From Bacilli bacterium (GTDB taxonomy: Bacteria; Bacillota_I; Bacilli_A; RF39; UBA660): DNA of 62,852 nt. The position numbers and the translations under genes were made by a program. The stretch's first letter is position 1. Each line of letters opens with the position of its first letter. The notes under the pieces are model-generated. The model was not told the DNA's origin, made no database searches, and worked only from the letters and a program-made list of their open reading frames with translations. The stretch spans positions 1-62,852 of the forward strand of contig JAEDKN010000004.1 in assembly GCA_016295795.1 (NCBI GenBank), in the 5' to 3' direction. This document shows, piece by piece, positions 9,786 to 19,509 of the stretch.

Positions 9786-10664
9786 TTATTTTTTTCTTAA
9801 TCTATAAAAATTTATACTTGGATGATTAAACAAACGAATAGGGTAGTTATTTGTTCCAATCCCGCCTGTTATATATAAATTTGTATCTTCTAATTTATAA
9901 TATTCCTCATAATAATTCTTACTTCCATCAGGTTTTATCAATCCTCCCATATAAGGAAGTCTTATTTGACCATTTAAAGAGTTGCCTGACATTATTATCT
10001 CTGGTGAATTATATTTTATTATTTCTTTTGCTTTATCTGATTCATGTACAATATTTATTTTAAATAGTTCTTTATTATCTTTATAATCTATATCATATTT
10101 TTCTCTTATTCCTCTTAGAAGTATTGGAGTATTACTATTAAAATATATAAGTTCATCTTCCTCATCTAAAATCTTAAAACCGGATTTGTTTAATATATCA
10201 ACAACGGTTTCATCATCATATGATCCAACCACATAATATTTACCAACAGTTGAGTCAAGTTTTGTTAATGACTTTATTAGACTATCAATGTCGTCTTTTG
10301 TGAATGTATAATTCTTATGTTTTAATCCTCCGGTAAAAACTATTAAATCTGGTTTTAATTCATTTATTTGAAATATTAGTTTATCTATATTTATAGTGTA
10401 CTTATTATAATAAACATCTCCAAATTGAACTATTTTAAAGCCATGAAAGGATTCTGGCAAAGTAGAAAAATCAGGTGAATATTCTCTTACTGTAATATTG
10501 TTAGTTGCGATATACCTAATATAAGTTAAAAAACCGATAATTAATATAGCAAGTACAAAAATTATTTTAAAAAACTTTATAAGAAACTTTTTTCTTTTTT
10601 CTCTCTTTTCTAATTTATTAATTTTTTTTCTCGTCTTTTTATTCTTTTCTGTACGACTCAACAT
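9786..10664 (-). CDS. Membrane-anchored calcineurin-like metallophosphoesterase homolog with degenerate metal ligands
   Basis: Lys-rich N-terminus plus TM. YkuE/YkoQ-like layout 'PDLIVFTGGL ... GNSLNGQIRLPYMGG ... LYITGGIGT', but the canonical D-x-H, GD, GNH and GHTH positions are substituted. Confidence 0.7.
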   Translation of the reverse strand: MLSRTEKNKKTRKKINKLEKREKRKKFLIKFFKIIFVLAILIIGFLTYIRYIATNNITVREYSPDFSTLPESFHGFKIVQFGDVYYNKYTINIDKLIFQINELKPDLIVFTGGLKHKNYTFTKDDIDSLIKSLTKLDSTVGKYYVVGSYDDETVVDILNKSGFKILDEEDELIYFNSNTPILLRGIREKYDIDYKDNKELFKINIVHESDKAKEIIKYNSPEIIMSGNSLNGQIRLPYMGGLIKPDGSKNYYEEYYKLEDTNLYITGGIGTNNYPIRLFNHPSINFYRLRKK

Positions 10665-11356
10665 ATAATCAACCCTACAACTAAAATATTCATAACAGTA
10701 ATTATAAAGTTATGTATCATATGCATAATTATCGGAATACAAATATTATCTGTTTTATAGTACATATAACTAAGTGAAATTCCTAGACTACAGTATGGAA
10801 TTAAATATAAATAGTCATATACATTCTCTATGGATAATACAACATGAAGTCCACCAAATACTATACCTGATACTATGACAAACAATAAATTATTTTTAAA
10901 AACTGTCCTAAAGGATTTTCTAAATACTAATTCTTCTACAATAGGGGCAAGTATCGCAGTATTTATAAGCATTAAATAAGGAGAAACAGAAATCATAGAT
11001 CTAATTGATTCTTCATTATTCGCAATTTCATTTGGAGATATCTTATTTATAATAACATTTGACGAAGCCATTAATATTAATCCAATCACCCAAATTTTAA
11101 AACCGATTTCTAAAAGTTCTGATTTATTTTCTTTAAATTTCTTTATATCATTTTTAATATCCTTGAAATAAAAAAGTATTAATATAAATGCGATTATTGT
11201 ATTTGAAAACAAAGTTAAGAGTATTTTCGTATTTCCTCCAATATTATTCGCATCAAGATTAAATATAAGAATTGGTATAACTTGAAATATCGAACCAAAG
11301 AAAAACAAAAGAAGCGCCAATACAAACTTTGAATATTTATTATATATATATTTCAT
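10658..11356 (-). CDS. CPBP family intramembrane glutamic endopeptidase (CAAX protease-like)
   Basis: Polytopic. Motif 1 'PIVEELVFRKSF', 'FGGLHV', motif 'HMIHNF'. Confidence 0.85.
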   Translation of the reverse strand: MKYIYNKYSKFVLALLLFFFGSIFQVIPILIFNLDANNIGGNTKILLTLFSNTIIAFILILFYFKDIKNDIKKFKENKSELLEIGFKIWVIGLILMASSNVIINKISPNEIANNEESIRSMISVSPYLMLINTAILAPIVEELVFRKSFRTVFKNNLLFVIVSGIVFGGLHVVLSIENVYDYLYLIPYCSLGISLSYMYYKTDNICIPIIMHMIHNFIITVMNILVVGLIIC

Positions 11357-11501
11357 CTTATCATCCTACCTTATATTAATTGTAAGATTAACTTTTTAAA
11401 GTGTCAATAAATATCTCTTTTTTTTCATTTTATTTGTAAATATTAACATATCTTAAAAACAATATGTTATAATGTATGAGTAATGGTTTATGAGGTGAAG
11501 T

Positions 11502-12056
11502 ATGAAAAAACTATTTAGAACTCTAATAATTGCTGTAATGTTAATTTTAATAGTAGGATGTGGTAAAAAGGATGCTACTAAAACAGTAAGTTATGATTAT
11601 ATTAAAGAAAATAATGGTGTTGTTTTTGGAGAATATGCAATCGCAATAGATGAAAAATATCAAGAAGGTCCTAGTTATGCTGTTTTTAAAGAAAAAACAT
11701 ATAATAGATATCAAAGAATTTTTAAATTAGAGAATTATGATACAAGTTATAGATTACTAGCAAGCGACAAATATTTATATACTATAAATAATTGTAGCAT
11801 TAGTGCTTATAATTTGAACAGCAATTTAAATAAAGTTAAAATGTTTATTGCTGATTTTGATATTCTAAAAGAAACTACATGTAATATAAATAAAATATAT
11901 GGCTTTTATGAAGGGTATATATATTTAGATTTATATAAAAACCAGGATGCTAATGAAATTACATGTTTAAAAATCAAGGAGGATTTGTCTTCCTATGAAA
12001 TTTTAGAAAATAGCGAGTCTTTACCAGAGGGATTGGATAATTATATTGAAAAATAA
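11502..12056 (+). CDS. Lipoprotein, unknown function
   Basis: Signal peptide with lipobox 'LIVGC' (Cys20). No recognised domain. Confidence 0.65.
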   Translation: MKKLFRTLIIAVMLILIVGCGKKDATKTVSYDYIKENNGVVFGEYAIAIDEKYQEGPSYAVFKEKTYNRYQRIFKLENYDTSYRLLASDKYLYTINNCSISAYNLNSNLNKVKMFIADFDILKETTCNINKIYGFYEGYIYLDLYKNQDANEITCLKIKEDLSSYEILENSESLPEGLDNYIEK

Positions 12057-12083
12057 TAAAATTATTATGAAAAGAGGGATTTT

Positions 12084-13388
12084 ATGAAATATTATTGTAT
12101 AGGTATTAAAGGTGCTGGAATGAGTACTTTAGCTAACATTTTAAGTGATTTGGGTAATGAAGTAAGTGGATATGATGATACAGTCAAATATAAATTTACT
12201 GAAGAAGGTCTAAATAAAAGAGGAATAAAAATATATCACGAAGCACATGATATTGATAAAGATACTATAGTAACTTATTCTAAAGCATTTTCCCAAAATC
12301 ATCCAGAAATTAAAAGAGTAAAAGAACTAGGACTTACTATGAAAGATTATAATCAAGTAGTAGGTGAAGTAACAGCTATGTTTGAGACAATTGGTATTAG
12401 TGGAACACACGGAAAGACTACCACAAGCCTTTTGGTAAGTAATATTTTAAATAACACAATAGGTTGTAATTATTTTGTTGGAGATGGTACCGGATTTGCT
12501 AATAAAGAAAATAAATTGTTTGTAATTGAATCAGATGAATTCAATAAACACTTTTTAGCATATCATCCTACTATAGCTGTTATAACAAATATAGAACTGG
12601 ATCATACCGAGTGTTATGATGGACTTGAAGATATAATAAATACTTTTGAAAAATTTGCTAATAAAGCTAATTTAGTTATTGCATGTGGAGATGACTCTAA
12701 TGTAAGAAAAATAAAATTTAAAAAAGATGTGATTTACTATGGATTTGATGAATCTAATAATGTGGTCGCAAAAAATGTAAAGCTAAATGATATGGGATCT
12801 AGTTTTGACGTTTATATAGATGGTAAATTCTTCGATACCTATGAACTTCCACTTTTTGGTAAGCACATGATATTAAATGCTTTATCTGCAATTATAATCG
12901 CAAATAAATATAATATAAGTAAAGAAGATATTAAGAAATATATTAAAGAATTTAAAGGTGCTAAAAGACGATTTAAAGAAGAAATATTAAGTGATTACAT
13001 AATAATTGATGATTATGCTCATCATCCTACTGAAATTAGTGTAACTATAGATGCAGCTCGTCAAAAGTATCCAGATAAAGATGTAATCGCAATATTTTTA
13101 CCAAATACTTATTCTAGGACAGAAGCATTAATGGAAGATTTTGCTAGTGCATTATCAAAAGCTGATAAAGCTTATATAATGGATATATATTGTGATAGGG
13201 AACAACAAAGTGATTATCCTGGCGTAAATTCTGACACATTGATAAGTAAAGTCCCTTCTTCTGAAAAAATAAGTATAGAAGACGTATCAAAATTATTAAA
13301 ACATAAAAATAGTGTGTTATGTTTTATGAGTTGTACTAACATATATATACTTTTAGATAAATTTAAAGAAATTGTTAGGAAGAATTAA
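12084..13388 (+). CDS. murC: UDP-N-acetylmuramate--L-alanine ligase MurC
   Basis: 'GIKGAGMSTLA' N-terminus, P-loop 'GISGTHGKTTT', 'DDYAHHPTEI'. Confidence 0.95.
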   Translation: MKYYCIGIKGAGMSTLANILSDLGNEVSGYDDTVKYKFTEEGLNKRGIKIYHEAHDIDKDTIVTYSKAFSQNHPEIKRVKELGLTMKDYNQVVGEVTAMFETIGISGTHGKTTTSLLVSNILNNTIGCNYFVGDGTGFANKENKLFVIESDEFNKHFLAYHPTIAVITNIELDHTECYDGLEDIINTFEKFANKANLVIACGDDSNVRKIKFKKDVIYYGFDESNNVVAKNVKLNDMGSSFDVYIDGKFFDTYELPLFGKHMILNALSAIIIANKYNISKEDIKKYIKEFKGAKRRFKEEILSDYIIIDDYAHHPTEISVTIDAARQKYPDKDVIAIFLPNTYSRTEALMEDFASALSKADKAYIMDIYCDREQQSDYPGVNSDTLISKVPSSEKISIEDVSKLLKHKNSVLCFMSCTNIYILLDKFKEIVRKN

Positions 13389-13451
13389 TTATAATTCTTT
13401 CTTTTTCTTTATGTAAAATTATGATAATATAAGTGTGAAAGACGTGATTTT

Positions 13452-14327
13452 ATGAAAAATATTATTGTAATAGCTGGCCCAACTGGGGTAGGCAAAACTA
13501 AACTTAGTGTAGAACTTGCGAAAAGAATAAATGCAGAAATAATCAATGCTGATTCCATGCAAGTATATAAAAGATTAAACATAGGTACTGCAAAAATTAC
13601 TGAAAATGAAAAAGAAAACATTCCTCATCATTTATTTGATATAGTAAATCCTGAAGATATGTATACTGTTTTTGATTATCAAATAGATGGAAGAAATAAA
13701 ATAAAAGAAATATTAAATAGAGGCAAGAAAGTTATCATAGTAGGTGGAACCGGATTATATATAAAAGCACTTCTTTATAACTATGAGTTTAAAAAAGAAG
13801 ATAAAACTTACGACTTTAGTAATATGACAAATGAAGATTTGTTTTCTAAAATAGAAGAATATAATCCAGATATCAACATTCATATAAATAATAGAAAACG
13901 TTTAGAAAGATATCTTACCAAACTATTAAATAACAACATAGATTCTAATAATGGTAATGAGAAAGTTTATGACTTTTCTATTATTGGATTAACTACAGAA
14001 AGAGAAAATCTATATAATATAATTAATTCTAGAGTAGATAAGATGATAGACTCTGGTTTAATAGAAGAGGTAAAATCATTATATGATGATAATATACGTT
14101 CTAAGGCAATAAATACAGGAATAGGCTATAAAGAACTTTATCTATATTTTGACGGTAAAATCACTTATGATGAAGCAATAGACTTAATAAAAAAGAACTC
14201 TAGGAGATATGCAAAAAGACAATATACATTCTTTAATAATAAATTAGATGTAAACTGGTTTAAAACTAATTATGAAGATTTTTCTAAGACTATAGAAGAA
14301 GTCATAAAATTTTTAGAAGGAGAATAA
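13452..14327 (+). CDS. miaA: tRNA dimethylallyltransferase MiaA
   Basis: P-loop 'GPTGVGKT', 'DSMQVYK', 'IPHHL', 'VGGTGLY'. Confidence 0.95.
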   Translation: MKNIIVIAGPTGVGKTKLSVELAKRINAEIINADSMQVYKRLNIGTAKITENEKENIPHHLFDIVNPEDMYTVFDYQIDGRNKIKEILNRGKKVIIVGGTGLYIKALLYNYEFKKEDKTYDFSNMTNEDLFSKIEEYNPDINIHINNRKRLERYLTKLLNNNIDSNNGNEKVYDFSIIGLTTERENLYNIINSRVDKMIDSGLIEEVKSLYDDNIRSKAINTGIGYKELYLYFDGKITYDEAIDLIKKNSRRYAKRQYTFFNNKLDVNWFKTNYEDFSKTIEEVIKFLEGE

Positions 14328-14328
14328 T

Positions 14329-15045
14329 ATGCAAAGATATTTTGTTAAAGTAAGAAACAACGATAATAGTTTTACTCTTTCTTCTGAGGATAGTTATCAT
14401 ATCACAAAGGTTATGCGTGCTAAATTAAAAGATTTAGTTGAAATAGTTAATAATAATACTGTCTATATATGTGAAATTTCAACTATAGATAATAATGTTA
14501 AATGTAGAATAAAAGATTCTCTTATAGACAATACTAATAATATTCCAAGTGTAACTGTCGCACAAAGCTTAGTAAAAGAGCAAAAGATGGATTATATATT
14601 ACAAAAATCTACCGAGCTAGGTGTAAATAAAATAATTCCTATAGAAGCAGAAAGAAGTATAATAAAAGCTAATGGTAAATCGGACAAAAAAATAGAGCGT
14701 TGGAATAAGATAGTAAAGGAAGCAAGCGAACAGAGTAAAAGAATTAGTATTCCAAAAGTATCAGAAATAAAGAATATAAAAGAACTAATTAAAGAGGAAT
14801 ATGACTATAAAATATTATGTAGTGTAAATGAGACGTCAACCACAATAAAAAAGGTATTACAAAATGCTACTATTAGTGATACAATATTAGTTGTAATTGG
14901 TCCTGAGGGCGGTTTTACAAAAGCAGAAGAAGAAACGTTAATAAATAATGGCTTTATATCTACTTCTTTAGGTAATAGAGTATTAAGAACAGAAACAGCT
15001 TCTTCATTTGTATTAAGTATTATTAATTACATATTTATGAGGTGA
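14329..15045 (+). CDS. rsmE: 16S rRNA (uracil1498-N3)-methyltransferase RsmE
   Basis: 'MQRYFV' N-terminus, 'KMDYILQKSTELGV', 'IGPEGGF...E', 'LGNRVLRTETA'. Confidence 0.9.
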   Translation: MQRYFVKVRNNDNSFTLSSEDSYHITKVMRAKLKDLVEIVNNNTVYICEISTIDNNVKCRIKDSLIDNTNNIPSVTVAQSLVKEQKMDYILQKSTELGVNKIIPIEAERSIIKANGKSDKKIERWNKIVKEASEQSKRISIPKVSEIKNIKELIKEEYDYKILCSVNETSTTIKKVLQNATISDTILVVIGPEGGFTKAEEETLINNGFISTSLGNRVLRTETASSFVLSIINYIFMR

Positions 15046-15049
15046 AATT

Positions 15050-15931
15050 ATGGATTTTATTATCAACTTTATATCAGAGAACGAATTTCTAATTATGGCT
15101 AGCTTATTTGGGATAATAGTCCTATTAACAATTATAATAACAATTACAGATGCAATTAATAGAAAAAGAAGCTTAAAAGCCGCTCGTGAATTACTAAAAG
15201 ATAGAAAAATCGATGTTATAGACGCTTTTAAAGAAAATATAGAAGAAGAGAAAAATCTTGAATATACCGATGATTTATCTCAATATAAAGATGTTTTAGT
15301 CGTTGAAGGTGAAGATAAAGTAGAAGAAATTAAATACGTAGAAGATGACGAAGAATTAGAAAAAACTAAAGCACAATTAGAACTTAAAAATTTAAAGGAA
15401 GAATTATTAAAAGCTGAGCTTGAAGAAAAAAATCAAATGCAAGAAAAAGAAAATATTCAAGAAGAGACAAAAGAAAAAGAAGAAATAATAGATGCATTTG
15501 AATCGAGCCAAGAAGAGAATGCTATTATAAGTTTAGAACAATTTAGTAAAGTAAGTGGTAAAATTTATGATGAAAATGAAGAGATTCAATATAAAGATGA
15601 GGGAAATGAGCCCATTTCTATTCAAGAATTAGAAGAATTATATAACACAAAAGAAATAAAAACACTTCCTTTAGATCAAGATTTCATAAGTGTTGATACC
15701 ACTGAAACTGGAAAAGAAGAAGATATAATAAAAACAGAAGATAATAAAGAAGAAACAACAAAATTCAAAAACAGTCCTATTATATCTCCTGTATTTGGAA
15801 TTAACACTGATGAAAGTTTAAACAATATCGAAGTAGAAAATACTGCAAATTTAGATAAATTAAGTGAAGAAATAAGAAAAACAAATGAAGTACTGAACAC
15901 TTTAAAAGAGTTAAGAAAAAATCTACAATAA
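15050..15931 (+). CDS. Membrane-anchored, highly acidic coiled-coil protein, unknown function
   Basis: One N-terminal TM ('LIMASLFGIIVLLTIIITI') followed by about 250 aa of Glu/Lys-rich sequence. Short conserved-looking 'SPIISPVFGI' near the C-terminus. Confidence 0.6.
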   Translation: MDFIINFISENEFLIMASLFGIIVLLTIIITITDAINRKRSLKAARELLKDRKIDVIDAFKENIEEEKNLEYTDDLSQYKDVLVVEGEDKVEEIKYVEDDEELEKTKAQLELKNLKEELLKAELEEKNQMQEKENIQEETKEKEEIIDAFESSQEENAIISLEQFSKVSGKIYDENEEIQYKDEGNEPISIQELEELYNTKEIKTLPLDQDFISVDTTETGKEEDIIKTEDNKEETTKFKNSPIISPVFGINTDESLNNIEVENTANLDKLSEEIRKTNEVLNTLKELRKNLQ

Positions 15932-16019
15932 CTATTTATAAGAAGATTAGTATCTTCTTATTTTTTTCATAATTTTATGATATAATAAGCTATATTTATT
16001 TGAGATAGGAAGTAATAGT

Positions 16020-17288
16020 ATGAAATTTGGAATATATACACTTGGATGTAAAGTAAATACTTATGAAAGCGAATTTGTTAAAAGTTTATTAGAAAATCAT
16101 GGCTATGAATTTAGAAATTTTGATGATATTTGCGATATATATATTATAAATACATGCACAGTTACCAACACAAGTGATATTAAAAGTAGAAAAATAATAA
16201 GACAAGCTAGAAGAAGAAATAAAGATGCTTGTATTGTTGCAATGGGATGTTTTATACAAGCTAGTAGCGATAATATAATAGAAGATATAGATATAGCTTT
16301 AGGAAATAAGGACAAAAGTAGAATAGTAGATCTTATAGAACAGTATTTTGAAACAAAAAATAAAATAGTGGATTTAAAAGAAAATTTCGATGAAAAATTC
16401 GAAGATATGTTTATAGAAAAATATCAAAATAGAACGAGGGCATTTGTAAAAATACAAGATGGATGCGAAAATTTCTGTAGTTATTGCATAATACCTTATG
16501 TTAGAGGAAAATGTAGATCTAAAAATTTTGATCTTGTCATAAAAGAAATAAAAACACTTGTAGGAAATGGTTTTAAAGAGATTGTATTAACCGGAATTCA
16601 TACAGGAAATTATGGGGTAGACATTAATACTAATTTTGCTAGTTTATTAAATAGCATTGTACAGATTGAAGGATTGAAAAGACTTAGAATTTCCTCGATA
16701 GAAATAAATGAATTAACTGATGAGGTTTTAGAAATAATAAAGAATAATGATGTGATAGTTAATCATTTACACATCCCAATACAAGCAGCAAGTGATCATG
16801 TTTTAAAAATAATGAATAGAAAATATGATTTGGAATTTTTCCAAAATAGAATTAAAAAAATAAGAGAAATTAAAAAAGATATAAGTATAACTACAGATAT
16901 AATAGTTGGGCATCCTCTTGAAAGTGACGAAGATTTTAATTCTAGCATAGAAGTAATAAAAGAAATAGGATTTTCAAAAATACATGTTTTTCCTTATTCT
17001 AAAAGAAATGGTACTAAAGCTGCTGAAATGTTACAAGTTGATGAATCTATTAAAAAGGCTCGCGCTAAAAAATTGCTTGAACTATCAAAAGAATTAGAGA
17101 TTAATTATATGAATAAGTTTATAGGTAAAAATTTAGAAGTTCTAATAGAAACTTGTAATAGTGAATATTCTATTGGACATACAACAAACTATTTAAATGT
17201 AAAGATATACTCTAAAAAATATAAAAGTGAAGATTTAATAACTGTTAAATTAACCAAAATAGAATATCCATTTATAATTGGAGAATAA
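16020..17288 (+). CDS. mtaB: tRNA t6A37 methylthiotransferase MtaB (radical SAM)
   Basis: UPF0004 cysteines 'GCKVN...NTCTVT...GC', radical-SAM 'CENFCSYC', C-terminal TRAM-like region. No MiaB-type N-terminal extension. Confidence 0.88.
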   Translation: MKFGIYTLGCKVNTYESEFVKSLLENHGYEFRNFDDICDIYIINTCTVTNTSDIKSRKIIRQARRRNKDACIVAMGCFIQASSDNIIEDIDIALGNKDKSRIVDLIEQYFETKNKIVDLKENFDEKFEDMFIEKYQNRTRAFVKIQDGCENFCSYCIIPYVRGKCRSKNFDLVIKEIKTLVGNGFKEIVLTGIHTGNYGVDINTNFASLLNSIVQIEGLKRLRISSIEINELTDEVLEIIKNNDVIVNHLHIPIQAASDHVLKIMNRKYDLEFFQNRIKKIREIKKDISITTDIIVGHPLESDEDFNSSIEVIKEIGFSKIHVFPYSKRNGTKAAEMLQVDESIKKARAKKLLELSKELEINYMNKFIGKNLEVLIETCNSEYSIGHTTNYLNVKIYSKKYKSEDLITVKLTKIEYPFIIGE

Positions 17289-17293
17289 AAGGC

Positions 17294-18592
17294 TTATTTT
17301 AAGGCCTTTTTTACGTGCTTATAATGAAGAAAAGTAACCACTATTATATTTACACATATCGAGATTAAAAAGCCATATATACCCATAAAATAACTTCCTA
17401 CGAATATTATTAAACATTTAATAATTATTGAAACTGCATTATCCCACATAATATATTTTGCTTTGTTAATAGATTGAAGAGTAGAGGAGAGCGGAGCTTG
17501 GATATAATAAAGTAAGAAAAATGGAGCAATTAATCTTAAATATACTACACCTTCATTAGTATTATAAATTATCTTTAAAAATATCTCAGGAAATATAAAT
17601 AAAATTATAGTAATAGGTAAGCCTATTAAAAGAGAAAATAATATAGCTTGCTTTAGTTTTTTCTTCACATAATCAATTCTCTTATTATAATAAGCATTTG
17701 ATATAACCGGTAGTAGTGCACTACTAATAGCATTAGTAAAAAATCCAGGAAGTAATAATAGAGGCATTACATAACCCTCTATAATCCCATATTGAGTTAT
17801 TATATTGCTACTACTAATACCTGCTAGTACAGCTGCACTAGTTAAAAAAATAGGTTCAAAAAAATATCCAATTGATCCAACAAGTCTACCCCCTGTTGTT
17901 GGTAGTGCAATTCTTAAAACCTCTTTTACGTTCATTACATCGGGTTTTATATCCTCACTAGTGATTCTAAAGTTCTTAGGAATAAATAAAAACAAAATAA
18001 GTATAGATGATAATTCACTTACTATATTAACCGCAATCAATCCCGAAACTGCCAAAACTAAACTTTTTTCTAATATTTTAGGTATCAATATAATTATGAG
18101 TATAAGCCTTATTATTTGTTCAAAAATATTTGAAAAAACATGTGGGAACATCTTTTGTTTACCAAAAAAATACCCTCGTAATATACTAGATAAACTGTCA
18201 AATGGAAGTACAAGCGCTATAGCTAATATAGGATAATAACATCTAGGATCTTTCAAAAGGTCAAATGCAAGAGTTGGTGCTATTATTAATATTAGAATCA
18301 TTAAAATAATATTCCAAATAAGTGAAAACGGTATCACTGAAAAAACAACATTCTTATTGTTATGATTATCTTCTGCAATCAATTTACTTATCGCAACTGG
18401 AAATCCTAATTGAGATAACGTCATAAATAAAGAAAAAGTAGGAAAAATAAGCATATAAAGACTAATACCTTCTGTTCCTACAATTCTGGTCATAACTATT
18501 CTTATAACCATTCCCAATATTTTTGTTAATGCACCACCTATAATTAAAATAATTGTAGATATTAAAAATTTTTCTTTTTTCATATTCATCAC
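17294..18592 (-). CDS. MOP-superfamily flippase, SpoVB/MurJ-like
   Basis: About 12-14 TM segments. N-terminal 'GGALTKILGMVIRIVMTRIVGTEGISLY...GFPVAISKLIAE' is typical of SpoVB and polysaccharide-biosynthesis proteins. Confidence 0.75.
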   Translation of the reverse strand: MMNMKKEKFLISTIILIIGGALTKILGMVIRIVMTRIVGTEGISLYMLIFPTFSLFMTLSQLGFPVAISKLIAEDNHNNKNVVFSVIPFSLIWNIILMILILIIAPTLAFDLLKDPRCYYPILAIALVLPFDSLSSILRGYFFGKQKMFPHVFSNIFEQIIRLILIIILIPKILEKSLVLAVSGLIAVNIVSELSSILILFLFIPKNFRITSEDIKPDVMNVKEVLRIALPTTGGRLVGSIGYFFEPIFLTSAAVLAGISSSNIITQYGIIEGYVMPLLLLPGFFTNAISSALLPVISNAYYNKRIDYVKKKLKQAILFSLLIGLPITIILFIFPEIFLKIIYNTNEGVVYLRLIAPFFLLYYIQAPLSSTLQSINKAKYIMWDNAVSIIIKCLIIFVGSYFMGIYGFLISICVNIIVVTFLHYKHVKKALK

Positions 18593-18632
18593 TTATCAAG
18601 AAATAATATGAAAAATCTCAAAAATAATGAAT

Positions 18633-18656
18633 AAAAAAAACAATGAATATTCATTG
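18633..18656 (-). terminator. Intrinsic terminator after the 30-aa micro-ORF
   Basis: Perfect 16-bp palindrome caatgaatattcattg (18641-18656), 1 nt after the stop codon, followed on the minus strand by T8. Confidence 0.5.
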
Positions 18657-18657
18657 C

Positions 18658-18750
18658 TTACATAAAGTATGATAAAATTGCTGCAACTGATGTACCAATC
18701 ATCGCAATAAGTAATATTATTGTTACTACTTTAATAAATGTTTTATTCAT
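18658..18750 (-). CDS. 30-aa hydrophobic micro-protein (MNKTFIKVVTIILLIAMIGTSVAAILSYFM), absent from the ORF track
   Basis: GAGGTG RBS 6 nt upstream of the ATG. Has its own promoter (18769-18797) and terminator. Single TM helix. Confidence 0.45.
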   Translation of the reverse strand: MNKTFIKVVTIILLIAMIGTSVAAILSYFM

Positions 18751-18768
18751 TTTATACACCTCTATACA

Positions 18769-18797
18769 ATTATAATAAATTTGTTGGCTTTTGTAAA
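18769..18797 (-). promoter_or_regulatory. Sigma-A-type promoter for the micro-ORF
   Basis: Minus strand reads TTTACA-17 nt-TATAAT. Confidence 0.5.
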
Positions 18798-18851
18798 ATG
18801 AAATTATCATAAAAGATTTAAAACTTAATATTATTTATTAGGTGAACAATA

Positions 18852-19484
18852 ATGAATAGAAAACTTAATGCAGCAAAAAATGAGTACTTAAAGCAAAAGA
18901 AATTTTATGTTTTCCTACTTACTTTTATATTAGTGGGAATTATATCAGGAATAATATTTATATTTTTTATAAACGAATCAGATAAAATTAATGTTATTAA
19001 TGAAATCAAGTCTTTTTTTAATCTTGTTAAAACAAGTGATGGAATAAATTACAGCAAATCTCTAGTTAATTCCTTACTAGTTAATATTGGCTATGTTGTA
19101 TTAATATGGTTACTAGGAATATCCATTATAGGATTACCACTTATTATTATCATATTATTCATGAAAAGTTTTATTTTTGGATTTTCAATATCTAGTATTA
19201 TTACATGTTATGGGTTTAAAGGCGTTTTAGGAGCCTTTTTATACACTTTTCCTCATCAAGTAATAGTTTTAATCATATATTTGCTTCTAAGCTTTTATTC
19301 AATGGCTTTTTGTTTCAAATTATTTAGCTATTTATTCCTAAAGAAAAACATCAATTTTAGAAGTGCTATGAAAAAATATGTAAAAATACTTATAATTTCT
19401 TTAGTAATAGTAATTTGTGTATCATTTTATGAGGTGTTTTTATCTACATATTTTATTAAACTTTTTACTTTACTTTTAAAATAG
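18852..19484 (+). CDS. spoIIM: Stage II sporulation protein M-like membrane protein
   Basis: 210 aa with 5-6 TM segments. Overall SpoIIM architecture ('FPHQVIVLIIY' corresponds to the conserved 'PHG..E' helix). Bacillus-like neighbourhood (spoIIM ... xerD ... deoB). Confidence 0.65.
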   Translation: MNRKLNAAKNEYLKQKKFYVFLLTFILVGIISGIIFIFFINESDKINVINEIKSFFNLVKTSDGINYSKSLVNSLLVNIGYVVLIWLLGISIIGLPLIIIILFMKSFIFGFSISSIITCYGFKGVLGAFLYTFPHQVIVLIIYLLLSFYSMAFCFKLFSYLFLKKNINFRSAMKKYVKILIISLVIVICVSFYEVFLSTYFIKLFTLLLK

Positions 19485-19509
19485 TGTATAATTATTCAAG
19501 GTGATGCAA

